Shown: piece after piece, positions 44,598 to 53,746 of the stretch
Layout: each line of letters starts with the position of its first letter
Numbering within the stretch: position 1 is the first letter of the stretch
Assembly: GCA_001785985.1 (NCBI GenBank)
Contig: MFVE01000005.1
Coordinates: forward strand, 233,771 to 297,770
Direction of reading: 5' to 3'
Length of the DNA: 64,000 bases
Source: Candidatus Nomurabacteria bacterium RIFCSPLOWO2_01_FULL_42_17
Lineage (GTDB): Bacteria; Patescibacteriota; Minisyncoccia; Phycocordibacterales; UBA9973
Made by a program: the position numbers and the translations under genes
The notes under the pieces: model-generated
Seen by the model: only the letters and a program-made list of their open reading frames with translations
Told to the model about the DNA's origin: nothing
Databases searched by the model: none

Positions 44598-45866
44598 ATG
44601 CACTTCTCCAAAAAAGTTTTGCATAATGGGTTGCGGGTTATTACGGTGCCGATGAAAGACAATCCGACGGTGACGGTGTTATTTTTAGTGGAAGCGGGAT
44701 CAAAATATGAAGAGAAAAAAATCAATGGCATTTCTCATTTTTTAGAGCATATGTGTTTCAAGGGCACCACCAAGAGGCCGAAAGCGGTGGGTATCTCCAA
44801 AGAACTCGATAGTCTCGGCAGTCAATACAATGCCTTCACTGCGCAAGAATACACGGGCTATTATGCAAAGAGTGACGCCCGGCACTTCAGCCGAATTTTC
44901 GATATCGTCTCCGACATTTACCTCAATTCTACTTTTCCGGATGCAGAAATGCAGAAAGAGAAGGGCGTGATCATCGAAGAGATAAATATGTACGAAGACA
45001 TGCCGCACAAGCATGTGCAAGACTTGATGATGCAGTTGCTTTATGGAGACCAGCCAGCCGGCTGGAACGTCGCAGGCTCCAAAGCAAGCATTTTGAATAT
45101 GAAACGCGAAGATTTTGTGGAGTATCATCAGAAACATTATCTGCCGGAGTCTACGGTGCTCATCGTCGCAGGGGCTGTGAAAGAGCGGCAGGTGCTGAAG
45201 GAAGTTTCTAAAATTTTTAGCAAGGTTTCGCGCGGTAAAAAAGGCAAAAAATTGAAAGTCAGAGAAAAGCAAAAGCGTCCGCAAGCCCTGATTGATTTTA
45301 AAAAAACAGATCAGACGCATTTTATTTTAGGCGTTCGGACATATGATTTGTTTAATAAGAAAAATGCTATTCTCTCTGTGCTCGGCTGCGTGCTCGGCGG
45401 AGGGATGAGTTCTCGTCTTTTTGTGAAGCTTCGAGAAGAAATGGGTGTCGGTTATTATGTTCGCGCGCATAACGATGCTTACACTGATCATGGATTTCTT
45501 CAGATTTCCGCCGGGGTAGACAATAAAAGAATAGAGGAAGTAATCTACGCTGTCTTAGAAGAATGCAGAAAATTAAAAAGCTACAAAGTTTCTGAAGAAG
45601 AATTAAATAGAGTCAAGGAATGTATGATCGGCAACATGAAATTATCTTTGGAAGCGACCGATGATATCGCGAACTTTTATGGCGGGCAGGAGCTTTTAAG
45701 ACGCAAGATTCATGGAGCAGGTGAAAAAGCTCGAGAAATACGCAAAGTTACCGGGAGCCAAATCCAAGCTCTAGCCAAAGATATTTTTAAAAATAGCAAA
45801 CTCAACCTGGCGCTCATTGGGCCTTTCAAGAACCGAAAGCAATTTCTGGAAATACTTAAATTTTAA
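44598..45866 (+). CDS. M16-family zinc metallopeptidase (insulinase-like)
   Basis: The HxxEH motif (HFLEHMCFKGT) and a downstream E. Confidence 0.8.
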   Translation: MHFSKKVLHNGLRVITVPMKDNPTVTVLFLVEAGSKYEEKKINGISHFLEHMCFKGTTKRPKAVGISKELDSLGSQYNAFTAQEYTGYYAKSDARHFSRIFDIVSDIYLNSTFPDAEMQKEKGVIIEEINMYEDMPHKHVQDLMMQLLYGDQPAGWNVAGSKASILNMKREDFVEYHQKHYLPESTVLIVAGAVKERQVLKEVSKIFSKVSRGKKGKKLKVREKQKRPQALIDFKKTDQTHFILGVRTYDLFNKKNAILSVLGCVLGGGMSSRLFVKLREEMGVGYYVRAHNDAYTDHGFLQISAGVDNKRIEEVIYAVLEECRKLKSYKVSEEELNRVKECMIGNMKLSLEATDDIANFYGGQELLRRKIHGAGEKAREIRKVTGSQIQALAKDIFKNSKLNLALIGPFKNRKQFLEILKF

Positions 45867-45895
45867 TTTTAAGAATTCTGTGTTATCATACCTCT

Positions 45896-46969
45896 ATGTC
45901 TGAAATTACCCCTTCTACTTCTATTTCCATAACTACTGGCACGATGGTTCGGGTAGTGCTCGTGGCCCTTTGCGTCTTTTTGATATGGTTTTTGCGAGAT
46001 TTAGCGCTGGTGGTTCTGACTTCTATCGTTATTGCCTCTTTTGTCGAGTCCGCAGTGCCTCATTTTGCAAAAGTGGGGATCAATCGAATATTTGGGATTG
46101 TGATCCTGTATGCCGTATCGCTTCTCCTTTTGACCGGAGTGTTTTATCTGTTTGCTCCGCTTCTCATAACTGAGATTTATAATTTTGCCAACTTTGTTTC
46201 GACTTACATTCCCGGTGTTTCTTTCTTGAATTATTTTCAAAATGAAGCCTTCTCCGGCGCTAAAGATATCGTGAATTCTCTCGGGACCAATTTTTCTCTT
46301 TCCACCTTGCTTTCAGTTTCTCAGGCTTTTATCGTAAATCTTTCAGGAGGATTTTTCCAAGTGCTTTCCGTCGCTTTCGGCAGCGTTTTCAATTTCATTC
46401 TCATTATTTTAATTTCTTTTTATCTTGCAGTTCAAGAGAAGGGGATAGAAAATTTCCTGCGTCTTATTTGCCCAATTAAATATGAGAACTATGTGGTGGA
46501 TCTCTGGGACAGATCCCGTCGCAAGATCGCATTATGGCTGAAAGGGCAGGTAGTTCTGGGAGTGGTGGTCGGAGTGCTCATTTACCTGATTCTGTCACTG
46601 CTCGGTGTCGAGTATGCTCTCCTTCTGGCTATCATCGCAGGAGTGATGGAAATGGTTCCTTATGGTATTTGGGTTGCTTTGATTCCGGCTTTTACTTTCT
46701 CTTATCTTTCCGACGGAGTTTCAAAAGCTTTGATGGTAGCTGGAGCTTATATCATTCTTCATCAATTTGAAGTTTTTCTTTTTGCTCCGCTGATCATCAA
46801 AAAGATAGTCGGCTTGTCTCCGATCGTCATTATCCTTTCTGCTTTGATCGGTTTTGAATTGGGCGGATTCTGGGGATTGGTGTTAGCTATACCGCTGACC
46901 GTCATCGTCATGGAATTTTTGAGTGATATTGAAAAAAATAAAAATTTAGCCAGAACTCAAAATAAATAA
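45896..46969 (+). CDS. AI-2E/PerM-family (UPF0118) membrane transporter-like protein
   Basis: About 350 aa with 7-8 predicted TM helices, the size and topology typical of AI-2E transporters. Confidence 0.4.
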   Translation: MSEITPSTSISITTGTMVRVVLVALCVFLIWFLRDLALVVLTSIVIASFVESAVPHFAKVGINRIFGIVILYAVSLLLLTGVFYLFAPLLITEIYNFANFVSTYIPGVSFLNYFQNEAFSGAKDIVNSLGTNFSLSTLLSVSQAFIVNLSGGFFQVLSVAFGSVFNFILIILISFYLAVQEKGIENFLRLICPIKYENYVVDLWDRSRRKIALWLKGQVVLGVVVGVLIYLILSLLGVEYALLLAIIAGVMEMVPYGIWVALIPAFTFSYLSDGVSKALMVAGAYIILHQFEVFLFAPLIIKKIVGLSPIVIILSALIGFELGGFWGLVLAIPLTVIVMEFLSDIEKNKNLARTQNK

Positions 46970-47011
46970 CTGACAAATAAGAAAAAATAACTGATAAATA
47001 ACTGACTCCTC

Positions 47012-48493
47012 ATGACGAGCAAAGACAAAAAATATTTCTATATCTCTACGACGATTCCTTATGTAAACGCAGATCCTCACATTGGTTTTGCGCTGGAGCT
47101 GGTGCAGTCTGATGTGATTGCGAGATATCAACGCCTCATCGGACGTGAAGTATTTTTTAGCACTGGCACAGATGAATACGGACAAAAGATCTGGGAAGCG
47201 AGCCAAAAAGAAGGAAAAAATGTTCAGGATTATGTAGACCATTATGCGCAAAAATTTATAGAGCTCAAAGAGATACTCAATTTATCTTATGATAATTTTA
47301 TCCGAACTACCAGCAAAGAACACAACCTAGCGGCTCAAGAATTTTGGCGTCTTTGCGAGAGGAAAGGTGATATTTATAAAAAAATATACCGAGGACTTTA
47401 TTGTATCGGGTGCGAGAGATTTATCACCGAGAAAGATTTGTTGGATGGATATTGTTCTCTGCATCCGGGCAAGAAACCCGAGATGGTGGAAGAGGAAAAT
47501 TATTTTTTCAGACTGACAAACTATAAAAAACAGCTTCTAGAATATCTTTCAGATGAAAAAGTCGTCTTTCCGGAGTGGAGGAGGAAAGAAGCCATTGATT
47601 TTGTAAATGAGGGCATGGAAGATTTCTCGATCTCGCGCAGTGCCGAACGTTTTTCTTGGGGTATACCGATACCGGGGGATGATACGCAGGTGATGTATGT
47701 CTGGTTCGGCGCTTTCATAAATTATCTCTCGACCTTGGGATGGCCCGGAAGAACCTCACCCCAGCCCTCTCCTTATAAAGGAGAGGGAGGAAGTAATTTT
47801 GAAAAATTCTGGCAAAGAGGGCAGACGGTCCAGATGGCCGGCAAAGACATGGTCAAATTTCAGTCTGTCATGTGGCAGGGGATGTTGATGTCCGCAGGTA
47901 TGCCTACCACTGGTACTATTGTTTATCATGGCTTTATCACTGGTGAAGGCGGAGTAAAAATTTCTAAATCTGTGGGGAATGGGATACACCCGAACGATAT
48001 TGTGTCCGAATATGGCACGGATGCCCTGCGATATTTTCTTTTGCGCGAAATTTCGACATTCGAAGATAGCCCCTTTACGATAGAACGATTTAAGGAAGCC
48101 TACAATGCGAATCTCGCGAATGGTTTGGGGAATTTGGTTTCACGTATTCTTACTCTTTCTGAAAAATATTTAGACAAGTGTCCAGAAATTGGAGAGGGAT
48201 CTGATTTTAGAGAATATTTTAGCTTTTTTGAAAAATTTGATCTGAAACAAGCAGCAGACTATGTCTGGAATGAGATAGGAGAGCTGGATAAATTTATTCA
48301 AGAAACAGAGCCGTTCAAGGTGGTGAAGGTAGATGCGCAAAAAGGGAAGGAAATAATAGCAAACATGGTCCTTCGTTTATATCAAATAGCTCAAATGCTG
48401 GATCCAATCATGCCGGAGACAAATATATTGCTAAAAAAATTAATTCGAGAAAACAAAAAACCGGAAGCCCCTTTATTCCCACGCAAAGATTAA
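47012..48493 (+). CDS. metG: Methionine--tRNA ligase (minimal form)
   Basis: The HIGH region (ADPHIGFA), a CxxC knuckle and VKISKS (KMSKS). It contains the in-frame GC-rich hairpin coding SPQPSPYKGEGGS. Confidence 0.88.
   Translation: MTSKDKKYFYISTTIPYVNADPHIGFALELVQSDVIARYQRLIGREVFFSTGTDEYGQKIWEASQKEGKNVQDYVDHYAQKFIELKEILNLSYDNFIRTTSKEHNLAAQEFWRLCERKGDIYKKIYRGLYCIGCERFITEKDLLDGYCSLHPGKKPEMVEEENYFFRLTNYKKQLLEYLSDEKVVFPEWRRKEAIDFVNEGMEDFSISRSAERFSWGIPIPGDDTQVMYVWFGAFINYLSTLGWPGRTSPQPSPYKGEGGSNFEKFWQRGQTVQMAGKDMVKFQSVMWQGMLMSAGMPTTGTIVYHGFITGEGGVKISKSVGNGIHPNDIVSEYGTDALRYFLLREISTFEDSPFTIERFKEAYNANLANGLGNLVSRILTLSEKYLDKCPEIGEGSDFREYFSFFEKFDLKQAADYVWNEIGELDKFIQETEPFKVVKVDAQKGKEIIANMVLRLYQIAQMLDPIMPETNILLKKLIRENKKPEAPLFPRKD
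47765..47787. repeat. GC-rich hairpin repeat, family C, copy 1 (CCCTCTCCTT-ATAA-AGGAGAGGG), in-frame inside metG
   Basis: The same hairpin occurs at 51975-51997 and, in a variant form, at 52034-52058. Confidence 0.7.
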
Positions 48494-48534
48494 ATAGCAA
48501 TACATAGGTTTAACCTATGTATTGCTTAAACTAT

Positions 48535-49113
48535 ATGTATAAGAATATTAAAATAATTGCGGAAGTAAAGACGCAATCGCCCTTTGGTTATAAATCAGAT
48601 AATACATGGAATGAATTATTTAAAGTTGCTAATAAAATAGGAGATATTATTTCTATTCATACAGATGATAGATGGGGTGGCTCGTTTGATTTAATTAAAA
48701 AAGCTAGATCATTGACTAAAAAGCCAATTTTAGCCAAAGGAATACACGAGAGGGATGAAGATATACAAAAAGCAATTGATGCTGGGGCAGATTGGGTGTT
48801 GGTCGTAGGTAGAATTCCTAGAGTTCATCTAGAAAAATGTTTGATTGAACCTTTAACCCTTCAGGAACTTAAAAATATTCCAGAAAGTTACAAAGCGGTA
48901 TGGAATAGTCGTGATTTATTGAATGGAAAATTTAAAAAAGAAAGTTTTGAAGAAGCCAGGGGTCTATTTAAAGGTTGGCTTTGCCAAGCAAGCAATATCA
49001 AGACAGTGGATGATATTAAAAAGGGAGCTGAAGCTGTTCTTGTCGGTACGTATTTATTGGATTTTGAAAAATCTGTGAGTTATACACAGATAAACTCTAA
49101 ATACATAGGTTAA
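48535..49113 (+). CDS. Indole-3-glycerol-phosphate synthase-like (TrpC-like, divergent and short) TIM-barrel protein
   Basis: IIAEVKTQSPFGY, ISIHTDDRWGGSFDLIKKAR and PILAKGI...AIDAGADWVLV resemble IGPS motifs (IIAE.K.ASPS.G, ISVLTD...F.GS). No other trp genes are in the window. The start is moved to MYKNIKII. Confidence 0.45.
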   Translation: MYKNIKIIAEVKTQSPFGYKSDNTWNELFKVANKIGDIISIHTDDRWGGSFDLIKKARSLTKKPILAKGIHERDEDIQKAIDAGADWVLVVGRIPRVHLEKCLIEPLTLQELKNIPESYKAVWNSRDLLNGKFKKESFEEARGLFKGWLCQASNIKTVDDIKKGAEAVLVGTYLLDFEKSVSYTQINSKYIG

Positions 49114-49141
49114 ACCTATGTATTTATGTTATCATATACTT

Positions 49142-49816
49142 ATGAATAGAAAAGTGCCATTTGTGGAAGGGGAATATTATCATGTATACAATCGCGGGGT
49201 TGATAAACGGGTTATTTTTCAAGATGTTGTAGATTATAAAAGATTAATTTTGCTATTGAAAATATTAAATACTACACAAAATATAATTGTGCGCGATCTT
49301 TTTAAAAATAAAACTTATGAAGAAATTATTTCTGAAAAAATAGCTGATCCTATTGTGGCAATAGGTGCGTATTGCTTAATGCCGAATCATTTTCATATAT
49401 TAATTACCCCATTGGTTGAAAAGGGTGTAGAAAAATATATGCAAAAAATACAAACAGCCTATACAATGTATTTTAATAATAAAAATGAAAGATCTGGGGC
49501 TTTATTGCAGGGGACATTTAAGTCTCAACATTTAGATACTGATGAATATTTGAAATATATTTATTCATACATACATTTAAACCCAGCAAAATTGAAAGAT
49601 AAAGACTGGAAGGAAAAAGGGCCCAGAGATTTTCAATCTTTGAAAGAATTTGTGTTGAGCTATAAATATTCAAGTATAGGGGAGTATTTAAAAGATGATT
49701 TCGTTATTATAAATAATACTCCTTTCCCGACTTACATGGAAGATTATAAATCCAAAGAGGAATATTTTAAGATGATGGTCGATGATTGGCTTAGATACCA
49801 AAATACAGAGGTTTAA
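49142..49816 (+). CDS. REP-associated tyrosine transposase (RAYT) / IS200-like Y1 HUH transposase
   Basis: GEYYHVYNRG, the HuH motif MPNHFHILI and the catalytic Tyr motif YIYSYIHLNPA. The start is moved to MNRKVPF. Confidence 0.8.
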   Translation: MNRKVPFVEGEYYHVYNRGVDKRVIFQDVVDYKRLILLLKILNTTQNIIVRDLFKNKTYEEIISEKIADPIVAIGAYCLMPNHFHILITPLVEKGVEKYMQKIQTAYTMYFNNKNERSGALLQGTFKSQHLDTDEYLKYIYSYIHLNPAKLKDKDWKEKGPRDFQSLKEFVLSYKYSSIGEYLKDDFVIINNTPFPTYMEDYKSKEEYFKMMVDDWLRYQNTEV

Positions 49817-49833
49817 CCTATGTATTTCAATTT

Positions 49834-50748
49834 ATGTCCCCTAAATACATAGACATCCATAGCCACGTGAATTTTAAAGCTTTTGATGCAGATCGAGACG
49901 AGGTAATTAAGCGTGCTTTAGAAAACGATACTTGGGTGATAAATGTTGGCACGCAGGTGGATACCTCTAAAAAGGCCGTTGAGATGGCGCATCAATACGA
50001 GGAGGGTGTGTATGCGATTATCGGACTTCATCCGATCCATACGGGAGTTTCTTTTCACGATGAAAAAGAATTAGGCCCCGCCTTCGCTAAAGCTTCGGAC
50101 GGGCAAGGGAGGGAGGAAGGGTTCACTTCCCGCGGAGAAGTTTTTGATAAAGAATCTTACAGAGAACTTTTGAAAAATCCTAAGACAAATAAAAAAATAG
50201 TTGGAATAGGGGAGTGTGGTCTTGATTATTATAGATGTACACCGGAATCAGTCGAAAAACAGAAAAAAGATTTTATTGCGCAGATAGAACTGGCAAATGA
50301 ATTCAATAAACCTCTCATGCTTCACATTCGCAACAATTCGGAAAAGATCCACCCCGACTTGAAAGTCACCCCTCAAGAGGGGAATAATGCGTATGTTGAT
50401 GCGTTAGAAATTTTAAAGAAACATGCAAAGGTCAAAGGCAATGTGCATTTTTTTGCTGGCAGGTGGGAAGAGGCGAAAGCGTTTCTGGATTTCGGCTTCG
50501 CTCTTTCTTTCACTGGCGTTATCACATTTACAAATGATTATAATGAGATTATCAAAAATACTCCCCTCGATATGATCATGTCTGAGACCGATTCTCCATA
50601 TGTTACGCCTGCTCCTTATAGAGGCAAGAGGAACGAGCCATCTTATGTAAAGGAAGTGGTCAAAAAAATCGCTGAAGTCAAAAATCTACCTGAAAACGAG
50701 GTGGCGCAGGCCATAATTGCCAATGCAAAACGCATCTTTACTTTATAA
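49834..50748 (+). CDS. tatD: TatD-family metal-dependent DNase/hydrolase
   Basis: IDIHSHV, GECGLDYY, LHIRN and SETDSPY. It contains an extra ~35-aa GC-rich insert (GPAFAKASDGQGREEGFTSRGEVF). Confidence 0.8.
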   Translation: MSPKYIDIHSHVNFKAFDADRDEVIKRALENDTWVINVGTQVDTSKKAVEMAHQYEEGVYAIIGLHPIHTGVSFHDEKELGPAFAKASDGQGREEGFTSRGEVFDKESYRELLKNPKTNKKIVGIGECGLDYYRCTPESVEKQKKDFIAQIELANEFNKPLMLHIRNNSEKIHPDLKVTPQEGNNAYVDALEILKKHAKVKGNVHFFAGRWEEAKAFLDFGFALSFTGVITFTNDYNEIIKNTPLDMIMSETDSPYVTPAPYRGKRNEPSYVKEVVKKIAEVKNLPENEVAQAIIANAKRIFTL

Positions 50749-50763
50749 AGTGTTTTTGCTAGT

Positions 50764-51261
50764 ATGAAGTTCATGCCAGAAAATGAAAATGAAATAGTTT
50801 CAGAGACGAATTCCCAGATTTACGAACTTGGCTATCTTTTGGCGCCATCAATCAAAGAAGAGGATTTGCCAGTAAATTATGGCAATATCAAAGAACTTGT
50901 AACATCTTTTGGCGCAGAAGTTATCGCGGATGAGATGCCGAAAATGATCGGTCTCGCATATGCCATGCAAAAAGTCACATCCAATGTGCGCAATAAATTT
51001 AACACGGCGTATTTTGGTTGGATAAAGTTTGCGATGGGGCCCGACAAAATACTCGAGTTGAAGAAACGCCTAGATCTAGATCCGAATTTTATTCGATTTT
51101 TGATATTGAAAACAGTCAAGGAAAATACTATTGCGGCAAAAAGATTTGTGCGCGGAGAGACGTATAGGAGACCAAGATCAAAGAGTCCAGCAAATGAAAC
51201 AGCTGTGCCTATCAACAAAGAAGAGATAGATAAAGAAATTGATGCGTTAATAGCAGTCTAG
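50764..51261 (+). CDS. rpsF: 30S ribosomal protein S6 (with N- and C-terminal extensions)
   Basis: YELGYLLAP...LAYAMQK...Y..IKF fits the S6 pattern. It sits in the rpsF-ssb-rpsR order. Confidence 0.6.
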   Translation: MKFMPENENEIVSETNSQIYELGYLLAPSIKEEDLPVNYGNIKELVTSFGAEVIADEMPKMIGLAYAMQKVTSNVRNKFNTAYFGWIKFAMGPDKILELKKRLDLDPNFIRFLILKTVKENTIAAKRFVRGETYRRPRSKSPANETAVPINKEEIDKEIDALIAV

Positions 51262-51287
51262 AGTAGTTATAAAGTAAAATCAAAATC

Positions 51288-51749
51288 ATGTTTTTAAATA
51301 AAGCAATTTTAATAGGAAATCTTACTCGCGATCCAGAGCTCCGCTCACTCCCAACAGGGATCAAAGTCTGTTCATTTTCTCTGGCTACCAATCGTGTCTG
51401 GAAAGACAAGAACGGCGCGCGCCAAGAGGCGGCTGATTATCACAATGTCGTAGTCTTCGGACGCCAAGCCGAGACAGTCGCGCAGTACATGAAGAAGGGA
51501 AGCTCGATATTAGTGGAGGGCCGCATGCAGACTCGCAGCTGGGACGACAAGACCAGCGGAGAAAAAAAATATCGTACCGAAGTCATAGCTGATCGTACAC
51601 AATTTGGTCCCAAGGGTTCGGGAGGTTCTGGAGGGGGAGCTACAGGAGCAGCTCAAAGCACACCAAAAGATTCAAGTGCCAAGGGCGGCGAAATCGACAG
51701 TATAGAATATCCCGAAGAAGACATTAATCCTGAAGACATTCCATTTTAA
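51288..51749 (+). CDS. ssb: Single-stranded DNA-binding protein
   Basis: OB fold ([16 protein letters not shown]), a Gly-rich linker and the acidic tip [11 protein letters not shown]. Confidence 0.9.
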   Translation: MFLNKAILIGNLTRDPELRSLPTGIKVCSFSLATNRVWKDKNGARQEAADYHNVVVFGRQAETVAQYMKKGSSILVEGRMQTRSWDDKTSGEKKYRTEVIADRTQFGPKGSGGSGGGATGAAQSTPKDSSAKGGEIDSIEYPEEDINPEDIPF

Positions 51750-51766
51750 CAATTTATAAATCAGCC

Positions 51767-51967
51767 ATGAAACAAGATTATTTTTCAGCCAACAATATAA
51801 AATATATAGATTACAAGGATGTTGAAATCCTAAAGAAATTCATCAATCCTAATGGCAAGATCATCAGCCACAAGCGCACAGGCGTGACTGCGAAAAATCA
51901 GCGCCAATTAACTTCTGCTATTAAACACGCTCGATTCTTGGGCTTGCTTCCTTTTGTGGTGAAATAG
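51767..51967 (+). CDS. rpsR: 30S ribosomal protein S18
   Basis: [39 protein letters not shown]. Confidence 0.85.
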   Translation: MKQDYFSANNIKYIDYKDVEILKKFINPNGKIISHKRTGVTAKNQRQLTSAIKHARFLGLLPFVVK

Positions 51968-51974
51968 TATTTCC

Positions 51975-52058
51975 CCCTCTCCTTAATAAGGAGAGGGTTG
52001 GGGTGAGGTGAATTAATTAAGAACCGCCCCTCATTCCCCTCCTTGTTAAGGAGGGGAG
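51975..52058. terminator. Two family-C GC-rich hairpins in the convergent rpsR/efp intergenic region
   Basis: ccctctcctt-aataa-ggagaggg (51975-51997) and ttcccctcctt-gtt-aaggaggggagg (52034-52058). Neither has a clear U-tract. Confidence 0.45.
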
Positions 52059-52068
52059 GAATAAAATT

Positions 52069-52650
52069 CTAAACGCGCTCCACGTATTCTCCAGTTTCGG
52101 TATTTACAACGACTACATCTCCATCAGCTATAAACATCGGCGCGTTGAGGGTTGCTCCATTTTCTAGCGTGATGATCTTCATCCCGCCCTTAGAGGTGTC
52201 TCCACGAACGGCAGGGGGAGCTTCTTTTACTTTAAAATTCATTTTGATAGGTAAAGTAATTTTAATTATTTTTTCTTCATCTTCGTCATTAGTCCATACT
52301 AGAGCCGTGACATTGCCATTTTGTTTTAAAAATTTTACTGCGTCTCCGATCAGCGCGATATCTAATTTAAATCTATTGCTTTTGTCATTTGGATCGCAGA
52401 ACCAATATTCACCTTTATTTGAATACAAAAAAGTTACCTCTTTTTTATCTATATCCGCTTCGTCTGCTGATTCAGAAACATGAAAAGTAGCATTAATGGT
52501 TTTGCCTGAGATCAAAGTTTTGAGTTTTACCTGGTTTTGAGGCTTTCTTTGCTGGGTACGTGCGACATGAGACTCGATCACCTCACATGGCTCACCATCA
52601 TAAATGATTATTTTCTTTTCGCGAATTTCGCTGTATTCAAGTTTTGACAT
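52069..52650 (-). CDS. efp: Elongation factor P (variant beta3-beta4 loop)
   Basis: The three-domain EF-P pattern and the C-terminus TGEYVERV. The loop reads HVARTQQRKPQNQ instead of HVKPGKGQ. Confidence 0.7.
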   Translation of the reverse strand: MSKLEYSEIREKKIIIYDGEPCEVIESHVARTQQRKPQNQVKLKTLISGKTINATFHVSESADEADIDKKEVTFLYSNKGEYWFCDPNDKSNRFKLDIALIGDAVKFLKQNGNVTALVWTNDEDEEKIIKITLPIKMNFKVKEAPPAVRGDTSKGGMKIITLENGATLNAPMFIADGDVVVVNTETGEYVERV

Positions 52651-52668
52651 GGCACCATCCTAGCAAAT

Positions 52669-53742
52669 TTATACTTCTTCCGCAAACTTCTTTCGGATCT
52701 CTTTTAGGATTTGGTCGGATATTTTGTGGTTTTCTTTCAAGAATGTGCGAGTCGCATCATAACCTACGCCTAGCTTTACTTTTTCCTTCGCCTCGCCAGA
52801 GCTTTTAGCGTCGGCGGGTTTTTCGCCGCCCGCAACGTAGAAATACGAATTTCCAGTTTTTTCTATGATTTTAAATTTTTCTCCGAGCGCCATTATTTCT
52901 CCTTCTTTGGAAATTCCTTCGTTGTAAATAATATCAAACTCTGTCTGTTTGAAAGGGGCAGCGACTTTGTTTTTTACTATTTTTACTCGCGTACGGCTAC
53001 CGACTACGTCCTCTCCTTTTTTTATCTGAGCGATTTTGCGGATATCCAGGCGTACCGAGGTGTAAAATTTTAATGCTTTTCCTCCTGGAGTAGTTTCTGG
53101 ATTTCCAAACATCACGCCGATCTGCATGCGGATCTGATTGATGAAAATAACAACAGTTTTTGACCTAGCGACGATGGCCGTCAATTTGCGAAGCGCCTGA
53201 CTCATGAGTCGCGCCTGTTTGCCGACATGATACGCGCCCATATCTCCCTCGATCTCATCTTTGGGAGTGAGCGCCGCGACTGAATCAATCACAATGACAT
53301 CGATCTTGCCTGTGCGCACCAGCGACTCCACGATTTCGAGCGCTTGTTCGCCGTTGTCTGGCTGAGAAATGAGTAAATTATTTATATTCACTCCAAGTTT
53401 TTTGGTATATTCCGGATCCATGGCATGCTCGGCATCTATGTACGCGCAAACCCCGCCCTTTTTTTGAGCTTCGGCTACGATGTGCAAGGAGAGGGTAGTC
53501 TTTCCAGAAGATTCAGGGCCGAATATTTCAATAATTCTGCCTCTAGGTATCCCGCCGACTCCGAGTGCCATGTCGAGTCCGATAGAGCCAGTCGGTATGA
53601 CATTGACGTCCACTTTCGGCGAATCGCCGAACTTCATTATTGATCCTTCACCAAATTTAGTCTGAATTGATTTCAGAGTGTCCTCCAACACAGCCATTCC
53701 CACAGTCTTGTCCTCCTTTTTATCTTTTGGTTTTTTAAGCAT
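52669..53742 (-). CDS. recA: Recombinase RecA
   Basis: Walker [11 protein letters not shown], the RecA core and the L1/L2 loops. 357 aa. Confidence 0.93.
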   Translation of the reverse strand: MLKKPKDKKEDKTVGMAVLEDTLKSIQTKFGEGSIMKFGDSPKVDVNVIPTGSIGLDMALGVGGIPRGRIIEIFGPESSGKTTLSLHIVAEAQKKGGVCAYIDAEHAMDPEYTKKLGVNINNLLISQPDNGEQALEIVESLVRTGKIDVIVIDSVAALTPKDEIEGDMGAYHVGKQARLMSQALRKLTAIVARSKTVVIFINQIRMQIGVMFGNPETTPGGKALKFYTSVRLDIRKIAQIKKGEDVVGSRTRVKIVKNKVAAPFKQTEFDIIYNEGISKEGEIMALGEKFKIIEKTGNSYFYVAGGEKPADAKSSGEAKEKVKLGVGYDATRTFLKENHKISDQILKEIRKKFAEEV

Positions 53743-53746
53743 TATT

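Larger units (their letters stand above)
48496..49827. mobile_element. IS200-like/REP-associated element: RAYT-type Y1 transposase with three REP-like palindromes and an IGPS-like passenger ORF
   Basis: Palindromes AGCAATACATAGGTT-T-AACCTATGTATTGCT (48496-48526), AAATACATAGGTT-A-AACCTATGTATTT (49099-49125) and a half copy AGGTTTAACCTATGTATTT (~49808-49827) bracket two genes. Confidence 0.7.

Noticed and set aside
44742-45320. 192-aa ORF antisense to the M16 peptidase gene; similarly 43401..43904 (-) within glyQS, 37857..38369 (-) within ileS, 55006..55389 and 55720..56127 (+) within ftsK, and 2415..2858 (+) within tig
   Set aside because: Each lies wholly inside a gene whose sense translation has strong family motifs. 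These are typical shadow ORFs.
49808-49852. Possible fourth REP copy overlapping the tatD start (aaatacatagac at about 49843)
   Set aside because: Only a 10-nt half-site-like match without a partner arm. It may be a remnant but is too short to call.
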